DNA of 64,000 bases from Vicugna vicugna (Eukaryota): NCBI GenBank assembly GCA_013265495.1, contig MU057947.1:320048-384047 (forward strand), written 5' to 3'. A program made the translations under genes and the position numbers. How positions within the stretch are numbered: the first letter of the stretch is position 1; every line of letters starts with the position of its first letter. A model generated the notes under the pieces. It did not search any database. It saw only the letters and a program-made list of their open reading frames with translations, and was not told the DNA's origin. This document shows, in pieces, positions 50,736 through 62,830 of this stretch.

Positions 50736-53700
50736 TGACAAGAGTGAAATTACAGACTGTTCAATCACTGAAGCTGTGACAAATGGTTATTAATAAGAAA
50801 AATGTAAAATCAGATCCCGACCCTGCTCCACATTCAAACGCATCAGATGAATTTAAGCCCCAACTGTGAAAACCACACTTTGTCATTTTTATACTAATGT
50901 ACTCAGTAGAATATCTTTAGGCTCGTATGGCAAAAAAAAGTTTTCTTAAACAAATAAAAAGCATAACATGCAAATTAAAAAATTAATAATTTTGACAATA
51001 TTGATATTGCACATCAAAAGACATAGTAAAACAAACTCCCAAAACAGTGGAAAAGTTATCTGCAGACTGGAAGAAAGTATCTAACTGTGCATAATAAATA
51101 AATTATTATACACAAATACACATTTTTTTAAGTATTTCAAATCAGTAAGAGAAAAAAACAGACGTTCCAACATAAAGATGGCCAAGTAACATGAACAGGC
51201 AGTTTGCAGAAGAAGAAACAGAATGGCCAGTGAACAAAGATAAGACGCTCTGCTCTTGGGTAATTAGGAAAGTGCACACCAGAACAACGAGCTACCCATT
51301 TACACCCATCAGATGGGCAAACATTTTCACACTCAGCCATTACAACTGTAGGCCAAGTGTGGAGGGGAAAGGAGGAACGTGCACGCCTACCAGTGGGGAT
51401 GTACAAAGCACATCACGTGGAAAGCGATTTGGGAATGTCTACCATTGTTGTAAGCATTGGTGTCCTATGGCTTAGCAACGTGGTTTCCTGGTAGAAACTC
51501 TTGCTCACGTGAACAAGGGTTTGATGAGACAGATCTGAGAATGTCTACAATCACATACATTATTTGTTATAAGGGAAAAATGGAAGTAAGCTAAATGTCC
51601 ATTGATACGACAATGGATAAACTGTATTAATTCCTACGACAAGAGAACACAGGGCAGATAAAACATGAACACAAGGCAGATAAAACAGAATTATGTATGC
51701 AACCTCAAAATATAATGTTGAGTGAAAAATAAACAAGGATGCAGTATGATACCATACATACATTTTTTAATCTGCAAACCACTCTCATAGATAACATTTA
51801 CTGCTCCATAAATATGTTGCAAAAGTATAAAAATATGCATAGAAATGATAAGCACTAAATTTATATTGGGGGCTACCTCTGGGATGGAGGGAGGGGTTGG
51901 GATTGCAGAGGGGCACATGGGGTCCTGCATTTTGTCTATGATGGTAAGTTGTATAAAGACGGAGGGTATACAGGTATATGTCTGTTATTCTCTATTCTTT
52001 TGGAATGCTTGAAATATTTCCTAATTTTTTAAATTATTTTCATAAAGAGAATGGCAGCCCCACTGCAGGGAATATTTGTCTGTAGCTGGGAGCATCCACT
52101 CACTCCCAGTTCTATGAATTTGCACAGGTGCCTAGTAACCACTAAGACACATCTCACCACTGAGAACATGACCCATATTTTTGATAAGACATCAGCAAAC
52201 ATTATGCCACAACCAGGACTGACAAGTAGGCGAGATATAAAAATTCTTCCCTAAAAACAGAAGGAAATGTTTCTGTTTATAAAGGAGTCCAAATGTAATG
52301 AATATTTATAGGTAATGAAATCCCACCTGCCAAAATGACCTGATTAATAATAGAGCGGGATGGCTAAACCTGGTAACCTTTTATGATAAATTATAGGCTG
52401 TGTGTCAGAGGTCCAGGGGCTGGCAGAGGGTGACTCTTCGTCCTGGGCCCCCTCCCTTCAAAGGACTTCACATTAAGGAAAGCAGGCTCAGACAGAGGTG
52501 GAAGAGGGGTGCAGCCACCTGAACATGTCAGGCATCAGGGCGAGCATAGGAAGTCCAAGAACGGGGGTCTGCTCTGGACTGCTGTTAGCTGGAGAATTAG
52601 ACAGATTTAGGGGAGGTCTGCCTAGGATAAAAATGCAGTCAGTGTGGAGAAATATGCAATTAAATCACTTCTGCCATAATGGTACAAAATTTCACGGTGG
52701 CCATTCTCTGCACCCTCCTTATCTTCTACAAATGAGAGCCCGCATCACACCCAGCACGGATGACTCGAAAATAGATGGTCTTCGGGTGATATGCATGTTT
52801 TAACCCCTGTGAACATTAATGGGAGTTTTGTGTCCGTATTGATTGCCAAAGAAGCCTAAAGTTTAAAGCATTAATTCTGGATTCCAAGATGTTTGTCAGT
52901 TCCTCCTGGACCCTTAGTCCTCATCAGCACTTGGTATTTTGAACTCCTTTTTCTCTGCATATTTTAAAGAAGAAATTGAGGGGCCTGTCTAATCTGCTCC
53001 TGTCTCCAAAGCCCGGGCCCTTTAATAGGTCCGTCGATATTCATCCATATTTAGGCCGAGATGAATGGGCATGGCGTGCTTTGCCTTGGCAGCAGGGCCG
53101 AGTATCAATCATGAAGACTGCCGGAGCAGACACATCAGCCATTTGGCATCCTGATCCCCACCCCCACCTGATCTGGTGGAAGACACTTCCAACATATCAG
53201 TAATGATCTGTGTCCAAAAACTTCTCGTGGGAGCACGTGAGCCAGGAGGGAGGTAAGTCCCATCCTGTCCTCCTGCTGCCTGTGCTTTGCAGACCCCTAG
53301 AAGTGACCTCCCAAGCCTTCTGAAAAATGGAAGAATTTAGTTTCTGTCTTGAGATGTCTCTGACTGCAGGGGCTTTCAGGCAAGGAGTGAACCAAGGTTT
53401 GAAGGATCAGCACCAGGAGTCAACCTCAACCCCAAACCTCAAACTCTGGCTTTGGGGTGCACTGAAGAGCTTTCTCTGACCCCTTTCTCACAACCATCCA
53501 ACCTGTGAAGCTTCGAGTCCCACCTCCAGGCCAGGCTCTTTTCGCTCCTGACAGCCTGGTGGCTGTTTTCCCTTCCAGATGCCTCCCGACAGCTCCCAGC
53601 AGCATGGCTCTTCCCGAGGGCTTGTGGTCCACACAGAGCTCACATCTGAGTCCTCCCCGCAGGGACCCTCCCGCTGCCCCGGCCTCCTGCTTGGGACCAC

Positions 53701-54094
53701 AAAGAGAAGCCCCTCCTACATCAGCACCTCCACTTTCCACCCGAGAGGCCTTGGAGAGCCGGGACCCTCTTAGAGGCTGGGTTTCTCATCCCCCTAATCC
53801 CAAGTAAGGATTAAAGTGCCCGCCCGGGGGCCCTGGCAGAGGACAGCACCCTGCCACTCACACGAAGCCAATGAGCAGGGCCTGCTGGTTTTTCCTTCTA
53901 GCATCTTCACAGAGCCTGAGTGTGGGAGCCAGGGAGGCAGAAATACTGAGAATGAGAAGAGAGTAGAAACTAATGAAACTTTTATGAATTACACAGAACT
54001 GGTCAAGGCAGTGAGGTCTGCAGGCCCGTACCTACCCCTGAGTGACTGACCCCTACAGAGCATGGCCAATTCAGCAAATAAAAACACAGAGTGC

Positions 54095-54292
54095 CAGCTA
54101 CTATACATCAAACAACAAGGTCCGACTGTACAGCACAGGGAACTATATTCAACACCTTGTAATAGCCTATCGTGAAAAAGAACATCAAAAGGAATACATA
54201 TATATACACACACACACAACTGAATCACTATGCTGTACACCAGAAACTAACACAACATTGTAAACCAACTATACTTCAATTAAAAAAAAAAA
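54095..54292 (+). mobile_element. Young 5'-truncated L1 3' end
   Basis: aacaacaaggtccgactgtacagcacagggaactatattcaa...ctatacttcaattaaaaaaaaaa; colinear with 22330-22530. Confidence 0.92.
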
Positions 54293-55043
54293 CCACAAGG
54301 TGCCCAGTTAGCCTTAAACTTCAAATAAACAATGACTAATCTGTTCATATAAAAGTTTTTAGTAAACTCACAGTGAAAAACTACTAAAAAACTGATTCAT
54401 TGTTTCTCTGGAATTTTCTGATTTAATATTCCTAGCGAGGAAGAGGCAGGGAAATATCACGATGCGCTCCCTTCACAGGTGACAGGCACGAAGATCCACC
54501 AGGCTGGCTCCTCCCTGATGGGAAATCCGGGGCCACTCAGGGCCACCTTCTCCGTGTGGCCCCCGGGCTCACACCCCCCACGGAGCTACACAGAGGCCAC
54601 ACTGCCTGGCTCAGGAGAGGACCCAACACGCTTAAATGACGCAGTATATTCTACATATTCAGGTAGGGTAAGGCTTTTTCTTTTTTTTTTTTTTAATTTT
54701 TGGTAAAGGTCCAGGCAGAAAGACTAACTTTTATTCTGTACTGATACTTAGGGAGAGAACTGGAGAAGGAAAGGAGTTCAGTCTCCTACTGAAGACAATA
54801 TCTGAACTTAATTACTTGGAGCCCAATTAACACTGGAAAAGATATTCTCAGAGGACAGCTATGCCATCAGTTGTGGGGACTCATTTTGTCCCCAAAGAAG
54901 ACCAGGAGAAAACTTCAGTTACGTCCTAAAGGAATTTTACCACTGGGGACATGCTGTAAACGGAAACGTGAAAGTTTAAGCCGGCCCCTCACTCATCCCT
55001 GGACTGGACGGAGGGCCACAGACCCTCTCCTAGGGGATGCGGC

Positions 55044-55350
55044 CTGGGGCTCCCAGCAAACTCCGCCCACAGGCCAAGTTCAGCCTCTCTGTAGGCGTTA
55101 CATTTTTTCATGGTTGAAAAGTTCCAAACAAGAATACTATTTTGTGGTGTGAAATTGCGTGAAATTCACATGTCTGTGTCCAGAATAAAGTTTTACTGGG
55201 ACACAGCACGCACATTGGTGTTTACTTGTCCTCTGTGGTCGTTTTCGAGCTGCAAGGGCAGGACTGGGTGATTGGAACTGAGACTGTAGTGTCTGAAAAG
55301 ACAGAAACATCTACCACCTGACCCGTTACAGGAAAAGTCTGCCAACGTGA
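55044..55350. mobile_element. MER58B-like hAT-Charlie MITE
   Basis: cagcaaact...aggccaagttcagcc...aataaagttttactgggacacagc...ttacaggaaaagtctgccaac. Confidence 0.85.
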
Positions 55351-55689
55351 AAACAGAGCTGCCACACAAAGTGGCAAGTGCTCAGAGAGGGAGGCGGGAG
55401 GCTGCTGGAGGACCACGTTTGCGATCTTCACAGATGCTCACAGGGATGCAAGTGAAGATGCTGAGAAACAGCCATCAAAGCAGATGGAGCTTTCGGGACA
55501 GTCTGATGAGACACACCAACTGCAGCTTACCAGGGCAGACTACCTGCTTCCACAGACACATCATGCTATGTGGACACTGATTCATGCAGAGAGAAAGCCT
55601 CTTTCATGACTGTTTAATATTTTAGCAATGGGCCAAACTCTGGATAAGGGACAAGTTTTCAAAATATTAAAGTGAGATTTTCTAACCTG

Positions 55690-56512
55690 AATCATCCATC
55701 AGGACACTCGATCCTTCCTGCCCTTCACCCGGTGCCATCATTCCTTCTCCCTCCTGTGTCTTTAACACCCCTGCGAGAGTCTTCCTTCAGCGAGTCTGCA
55801 AAAACGCCCAACAAAAACACCTCCCTAGACCCCACACCTCTTCCAGACACCTCCCCATCGTGCCCTTCACCTCACAGCCAACTCCTCCCAAGTCACCCTC
55901 GTGTGCCATCTGCACCCCTACCCCCTGTAGGCTGGTTCTCCCGTTCCTCTGCCGCCTCTCTGAGTAAAGTCTCTGGTGAACTCCCACTTTAATGTCCAAT
56001 GGACTCTGCAGAGCCCGCCTCCTCTGAGGCTCCTCGGCTGCGTCCAGCACTACTAAGATCTCCCGGTACCACCCTTCCTTCCCTTGGTTTCCGTGGCTCC
56101 ACCTCTTTCTGATTTTCTTCCTATCTCTCTGGCTTCTTCTCACTCAACTTGGTGTCTCCCCTTCTCCTTTAAACATCAGCTTTCACCTGTTCCCTCCCTC
56201 TCCCCGACATGGCCTTACCCCTGCCGCTGGCTTCAAGTGCCATCTACGTGGTTAGCACTGACTAACCAAAATCCAGCTCAGGAGAGAAAGGCTTTTCCCT
56301 TATTCATGAAGCATCAGCCAGATTTGGCTTTTCCAAGCCCCTCCAGAGGAATTAGATTATCGCCTTCCCAGAAAACCTTCAAGAAATCCCTTCACGGATG
56401 TAAACATTCTTGTCTTCCATTGGTGGGCTCTCCATCTCCCCACTGGGGTTAGGTCATCTTCATTTTAGCAGCTAATGAAGTTCCACAGTAGATGCTCAAT
56501 AAATGTTTATGG
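55690..56512 (+). mobile_element. L2 LINE fragments
   Basis: Long pyrimidine-rich stretch ending cacagtagatgctcaataaatgttt (L2 terminus). Confidence 0.65.
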
Positions 56513-56714
56513 ACCCGAGAGACGGTCTTGATGATAAAGAGCTTGGTGCATAATTAGAAAACATAAGGACTTATATATCCAAACTTAAGCAGAACTTCCA
56601 AAGGAAGACTTCGGTAATTTCCCTGTGTCTCATTAAAACCTCAAGACACATTTGTGATGTAAAAGTAATTCTGACAACCTTTAAGACCACAGGAGCTGAG
56701 CATGTGGGATGCTT

Positions 56715-56900
56715 CTGTCTGTCGGAGTCCTGGCTCTGCCATTTACTGCTGTGTAACTCTGGGTAAGTGTCTTAACGCGTCTGAGCTTCAGGCTCTTCAA
56801 CTTCCAGATGGGGACAAAAATATCTCCCTTGGGATTTTTATGGAAACAAAGTCATCTAATTCATGTCAAGGGCTCAGGGCAGCGTGTGGCATATACTAAG
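56715..56900 (+). mobile_element. MIR SINE
   Basis: gagtcctggctctgccatttactgctgtgtaactctgggtaagtgtcttaac...tctgagcttcag. Confidence 0.8.
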
Positions 56901-57599
56901 CATGGACTACATGGGAGTGCAACTCATTCTGCAGGAAAATTAAAATAAAGAAACAGCAGGGAAGGAAAAAGGGGAAGAAATGCAACCAAGGCACTGCCAT
57001 CCACCCAGACAAGGACAAAAGTAGTTTCATAAAATGTAGGAAACGCCAAAAGGCTTTCTTAATTCCTGCTAAGTAGCGAGGGCTCACCCCACCTTCATGC
57101 TGATCCGACAACAAAACCAGGAGACAGGCGAATGCTGTGTTATAACCTAACCGTACTGTATTAGGCTTTGATTATATGTAGTGTTCCAGGGTACATGTGG
57201 CTTAACCTGTGATAAATTTAAATCTGCTTAATGACTTGTATTGTAACAAGCTCCCACCATAAATAAAAGTTCCCAGGAGAGGAGGCAGCCCCCTGTCCTT
57301 TACTATGTCACTCATACTGATAACTCACAACACAGATGGGATGAACTGGATCAGCAGAGTATCTGTCAAACACGTATGCACATTACGTGGTGCCCACACC
57401 CACCAAGAGGATGTCAAGACAGCATCTCACTGACGACCCGCAAATTCCCGCTAATCCAGGCCGTAGTCAGGCCTGCCACCCTACAAACAGGTGCTCCCAG
57501 AGCAGAAAAGCACCACCTCCAGGTCCCCCCGAGGCTGTGGGTCTGCCTAAATCCAGTCCAGGCCTACAGGGAGACAGCCCACCCGCCCCTGCTCACAGA

Positions 57600-58410
57600 G
57601 CAGTACCACGACAGGACGCGGCCACAAAGTGCGGCCCCGGCCGCTGGCCAGGCCTCGGCAGCCCTGCAGCACCGTAAATTCGGGCTTAAATCTCCAGGAG
57701 CCCATGACAGACAAGCCCCGTGACAGCTGTGCAATTACGGCTGACGGCGCACCTCCCAACAAGGTGCCTTTGAATTATAGGGACCTTATTAGAAGCCTCT
57801 GACCTCTCGAATTTGCGAGGCAGAAATCGCCTGAAAATCCAGTGCTCTTATTTACGCTAGCTCTGCAAAGAAGGGAAAAAGTGACTATAGGCGGACAGAC
57901 AGGCAGGCAGACACGTACTCAAACTCCCGCGCTCGGGGCGTCACACCCTCTTACCAGGTCAGCTCCTTCCACACGAGGCCTGGCGGCGAGCACGAATGCA
58001 GCGGCCCTGCTGGTCCCTGCGCGGGCTCTGCAGAGAAGGTTCTAGTCCTCTTTCACCACAGGGAAGGCGGGAGGTAAGCACGGAGGCGGACAAACAGGAG
58101 AATTCAGCGGGACTTCTCCGCTCTCCGCTCCTCAGGCCTGAGAGGCCTTCAGGGTTGAGGATTGGGGCTGGAAGAAGGCAGCAGCCATTTTAAGGACGTA
58201 AGGACGTATGGATGGGGCGGAGCTCGGTAGAGAGGGAGGAGCCAGTGGTGGGGGTGGAGCTTAAAATCTCAGGGTCGTGAAGAGCCATCCATGGAAGGGG
58301 TGGGGCTAATACAGGGGGTGTGGCCAACAAGAAGGGGTGGAGCTGGTGACGAGCGCATCACAGGGGGCGGGGCTAGGAAAGGGGCAGAGTGGCAGGGGGG
58401 AGGACAAGGC
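57600..58410 (-). promoter_or_regulatory. Promoter-like module: GC/GT-box array, YY1-type motif, CpG-rich first-exon-like segment
   Basis: Nine GC/GT-box variants at 58214-58405; AAAATGGCTG (minus) at 58191-58182; donor CTG|GTAAGA at 57954; CpG-rich 57600-58200. Confidence 0.55.
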
Positions 58411-60379
58411 AGAGGCGGTATTTTTACACTGTGTCCTACGAGTCGCAGGGAGGTCTTATTTTTATTTAATTAAAAAAATTTTTTTTATTTAGAAAATGTA
58501 AAAGCCCAGGGGAAGATCCCTGGGCCACCCGATGCCAGCACATCACGTGGCCTTTAGTTTCCCTTTTGTGGATAACCCCCACATTCTGATCCATTCGGAA
58601 TTCCAGGTTTTGAGGCTCCTGCCTCCTACCCAGAGTTGTCCGCCGGGAGGACGCTGCCTGCATCAGCCGAATCTGTCGCCTCACTCACCTGCCTCGAGTC
58701 AGTTTCTGTTATGTAAGCTGTGTAGGTTCAAGGGTGTTCGACTAGCACAGCTTACTGGGGACTGCATTTTCTCTGGGGTGCGCAGTGAGCTCTACATCAA
58801 AGCCTGATTGAGCAGAAAATATGTGCTAATGTTCACAGCAGTACTCTATTATAGTATAAGTGTGCTTGTAAATATTCACTACATGTTATTACGCCATTTG
58901 AACCAAGAATATTGGGAGGTGAAAGGTCGGCCTAATGCTCTCTCCGGAGGCAGCAGTTTTGAATATAACCAAATGGGATAATGGTCAGGAATACCCAGAG
59001 GGGGCAATGTAACACGTCGTAAAGAATTGTGCTGTGGGTTTTAAGTTTTCAGGACAACAAAGATGCCAACGAGATGGCTCGTAAGCAGTCATTATTAATG
59101 GAATGACAAGGCTAATGTTAAGCAGAATGTCTTTGCGACAATAAATCTTGTCCCTGTGCCATTAGTACTCCTTACAACTGCAAATAGCAGTTAGGTTATA
59201 ACCTAACATGGCAGAATTTTATCCTCTCAATCTCTAATGTATTTTATAATGCTGTTAAAGTCAGGAATCGCAACTGTTTAAGCTCACTTAATCTAGGAGA
59301 AGTTTAAACACGAATTTTAAATGCAAAAAACCGCTTTGATATTAGTTTTTCTTAATTAAATAGGAGATCTTTATAAGAAGTAGATCTTTTTAAACATGCA
59401 TCAGCCTGTAGTAGATGAACATTGTTGAATTTTAAATGCCACACTTATTTCAGGCTCAACTTTGCCAGTTTGATAAAGCTTTTCTCTTCTTTTTTTTTTA
59501 TTTTTTATAAAGAAAAGGTTTATGTTCATGGGAAGGCGAGATTACACGTGGATTTGTTAAACTTTCATTGCATTCAAGCTCCTGTCAGGTACTCGACCAA
59601 GCTTTTAAAATAATTTATTTATATACATTTTCAACATAGTATCCCTTTGAAACTGTGTTAGCTGACCCTGTCATCATTTGACTTCCTTTACATATAGCAG
59701 AATGCAGACTTCGAAGAAAAAATGAGCATCCTGCCCCGTTTTTTCCCTTCACAGTCACCACTGGGACACTGAGAGCAGGAGGGCAGCCCTCACGGAAACA
59801 GCAGCTCCTGCAACAGGCTCCAGGCGGTTGATGGAGACGACAGACAACACCAGTCCACAGACAGGGCAGGTGTGAGCTGGAGAAAGTGGGCAGCACGGAC
59901 TGCTGCTCGGAGGGCTGCCAGCACTGCCCACCTCTATAGAAAGGCTGCCGGTCCTTCAGACCCCACCTGCCTCCAACTGCACACCTGGCCACAGAACCCC
60001 ACAGGCTGTGGCCACACCAGAAGGCAGGTTTCACCCATTCTTCTCTTGGGATCTGTGGAATCTCTAATGGGTTCCCCAGGAGCACTCTGAACCAGCAGAA
60101 GGGCTCCACAGGACCACTCATCCTCCCCTCCTGAGAACTCTCATCTCCCTTGGACCAAGGTCACCAACAGCAGACAGGTATGTGCCCCCAGAACGCTCCG
60201 TGTGGTAAGGCAAGCAGCCTGCTGAAGGTGGAGCCCCTGGAAGCTTCTACAGCAGCTCCTTTGGGGGAAACTGTGGGTGACTGGTCAGGTTCAGGGTAGG
60301 AATGGAATAGCCTGTTACCTGAGGCTTCGTCCTCACTACAGATGTTCACACCTGCTGCCTTTATAGCATGATGTCAAGT

Positions 60380-60480
60380 ACTCCATCACTTAATGCTGTT
60401 CTCACAACCATGTGAGACCATCTCATCATGCAGACGAGGAAACTGAGTCAGGAAGTGACTGGATGAGGTCCATCGAGGTG
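60380..60480 (-). mobile_element. MIR SINE fragment
   Basis: ttctcacaaccatgtgag...catgcagacgaggaaactgagtcaggaagtgact. Confidence 0.75.
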
Positions 60481-60999
60481 GCATGTGGGGGTCCTCTGAG
60501 TCTCCCTATGCCTCTGGGCCCATCCTGTGCCATGAGGTGTCACTGGTTTCTAAACTATAAAGTCCCTTTGAGATACATGCTGCTGCATCATATTCTCAGT
60601 GTTAACCACGTGGTACATCATCATTGCCATACTCCTTGCTTTTTAAATAACAAACACAAAAATATTCGAGATTCTTTTGGAGATAAATTTTGTAAATATC
60701 TCTTGGCTCTTGCATTAAAGAACTGTTTTCAACCTAAGGTCATACTACTGCAAGGAGCACTGGGGTCCTTATAGGGGTAAGAAAATCAGATTGCAAAAGG
60801 AAAGGGGTGGCCCTTATTCACACGGGTTGAGTAGAGGATCTCGTGCTCTGTTTTTGCCAAAGCGTGTTCTCTCACCACCCGACCATCTGATTCTCACAGG
60901 AGCCACACCAGGAGACAGACCGATGTGCTGACGTGGAAAGGTCTCCACCCAGGTTAAGTGAAAAGAGCAACCTACAAAATGGACACAGGAGATCCCCGT

Positions 61000-61092
61000 G
61001 TCACACATGCACGCAAAGTGCACACAAGCACAAGCACGTATGTGCACATGGAAATAAGCACGTGTGCAGGCACACACCTGCACACATACGCC
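61000..61092. repeat. Degenerate CA/TG-rich low-complexity tract
   Basis: cacacatgcacgc...gcacacacctgcacacatacg. Confidence 0.7.
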
Positions 61093-61664
61093 GTATTTCT
61101 CGGGGGGGGGATGTTGTATCTGCACATGAAAGCAAAGCAGGCTGCCTAGCTGGGCACACAGGGAACAGACCCCAGGGAGGAGGCAGGGGAGCCGAGAGGG
61201 CGCTAGGGGGATTTGATTGCTGGAAGTTTTTAAGTTCACAAGACTTTTTAAAAATTCTGAGACGGATGATCATGTATCTTTTTGGATCACTGTTGCCAAG
61301 AACAAGCAGGAGGGGCCTAGCTGAACCTGAGGGGTGTGGCGGTGCCTGAGCATCTCTCAGCCTTCGGATCTTCCCCTGGAAGGAGCTGTTTTCAGGTGAC
61401 CTTGGCGCCTGCTGCTGAGCTGCCCAACTGCAGGGCTGTCAGGTCAGAAGGAAAGAGCCCTCCCTCGGCTTTCAGAGTTTCCAGCTCTGCCCTGCCAGGT
61501 GGGCGTCTCTGCAGGACTGGAGCCCCTCTGCCCAGGCCCTGGCTCCGCGGGCGGCGGCTGCTGGACGCTGAGAGGCTGCCAAGCGGGCTGTGCCTAGGCT
61601 GTGCGGGCACGCCGCCCACCCCCGGGGGCTGCGCTTTAACTGAAAATGTATATTGAATTGAAGT

Positions 61665-61830
61665 CACCTGTTTCACGCGTGATCAGAGAGCAGCTCCCCT
61701 CCGACACGTGACGGGGAGGAGACGTGTGGCATCACGTGGTCACTCGGTGAGGGACGGGAGTTTCCTCTTTAATTCACATGAGGATTCCTTGGCCGGGCAG
61801 GAGAGACTCTAAAAGCCAGGATCACGTGGA
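61665..61830. promoter_or_regulatory. E-box cluster
   Basis: CACGTG at 61705, 61733 and 61823; TCACGCGTGA at 61673; TCACATGA at 61774; CACCTG at 61665. Confidence 0.45.
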
Positions 61831-62029
61831 TATTTAAAACATCCAACATCTTCATTGTGCAGATCTCTGTTCTCTTGGCTTCTGTCCTTCTAAACTCGGC
61901 GTTCAATGGAAGGGAAGAAATTAGAAAGGCACACTGTCCCCCAAATCACTTAAGGATTACTGTGAGCTTGAAAGCCGACTTGGGAATCAATGCCATTAGA
62001 AAAAGTGTGCAGAATTAAGGGTTAATAGC

Positions 62030-62830
62030 TTCATTATGCAAGAAGCTCATATAAATGGGTGAGAAACATACAGAAATCCTCATCGATTAATAGGAAAAAG
62101 GCAGGAACAGCAAATTTCAAGAGAAGAGAATACACATTTCAATTTGAAGAAAAATATTTAACTACATGATTAATGAAAAAATGAATATTAAACATAACAG
62201 AGCTCTTCTCCCATCCAACTAACAGAAAGTTTTCATGGTGGTATCCACAGCAGAGATGGAACATAAGTGAAATGGAAAACGTCCTGTGTTGTTGGACGCA
62301 GCGCTTTTGTAAGATGATTCGGCAGTAAGTACTGTGAGCCTTAAAATATTCACATCCTTTGACCTCATAATTTTGTTCTGGGAATGTAACCAAAGAAAAC
62401 CATCTAAAATACATAGAAAGCCTTAAAAAAGATGTTCACAGAAGTATTATTTATAATAAAGAAAAATTTTAAATAACATTTAAAATAGTGAATGTCACAA
62501 AAATAGCAAAATGGCTAAGCAAATTACATTTCTTACATTCTATGGAATATTATTGAGCCATTAAAAACTGTATTTACAAAGATAATATTATAACATTTTT
62601 AAACATCTTAGAAAAAAGTAAAACAAATTAAAATTTTATCTTCTGATTGATTATAACTAAAAAACAAGCCTACAGGGAAAAATAAATCTGTAAGGAAAAG
62701 TACTAACCTGTCAATCACATTTGGGAACAATGGATGATTTTAATTTCAATGTCTTTTTTCTTTTTAGGTTTCACAATAGTTCTTGTGACTATGTATTACA
62801 TTTAAAATCAACATAGAAACATTTTAATCT
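62030..62830 (+). mobile_element. Very old L1 (L1ME-like) 3' fragment
   Basis: atattcacatcctttgacctcataattttgttctgggaat...aagatgttcacagaagtattatttataata...tggaatattattgagccattaaaa. Confidence 0.75.

Larger units (their letters stand above)
46500..52045 (+). mobile_element. Near-full-length ancient L1 (ORF1, ORF2, L1ME-like 3' UTR) with nested insertions
   Basis: ORF1-like 46.8-47.25 kb and 48.12-48.2 kb; EN start aatattaatgggttaaatttacccgttaaaaga ~48770; RT gataagacaaggatgcctgct ~49270; 3' UTR ending gcttgaaatatttc ~52020. Confidence 0.8.

Noticed and set aside
58214..58405. CRISPR-like or true tandem array
   Set aside because: Units are ~11-nt degenerate GC boxes with short spacers in eukaryotic DNA; not CRISPR
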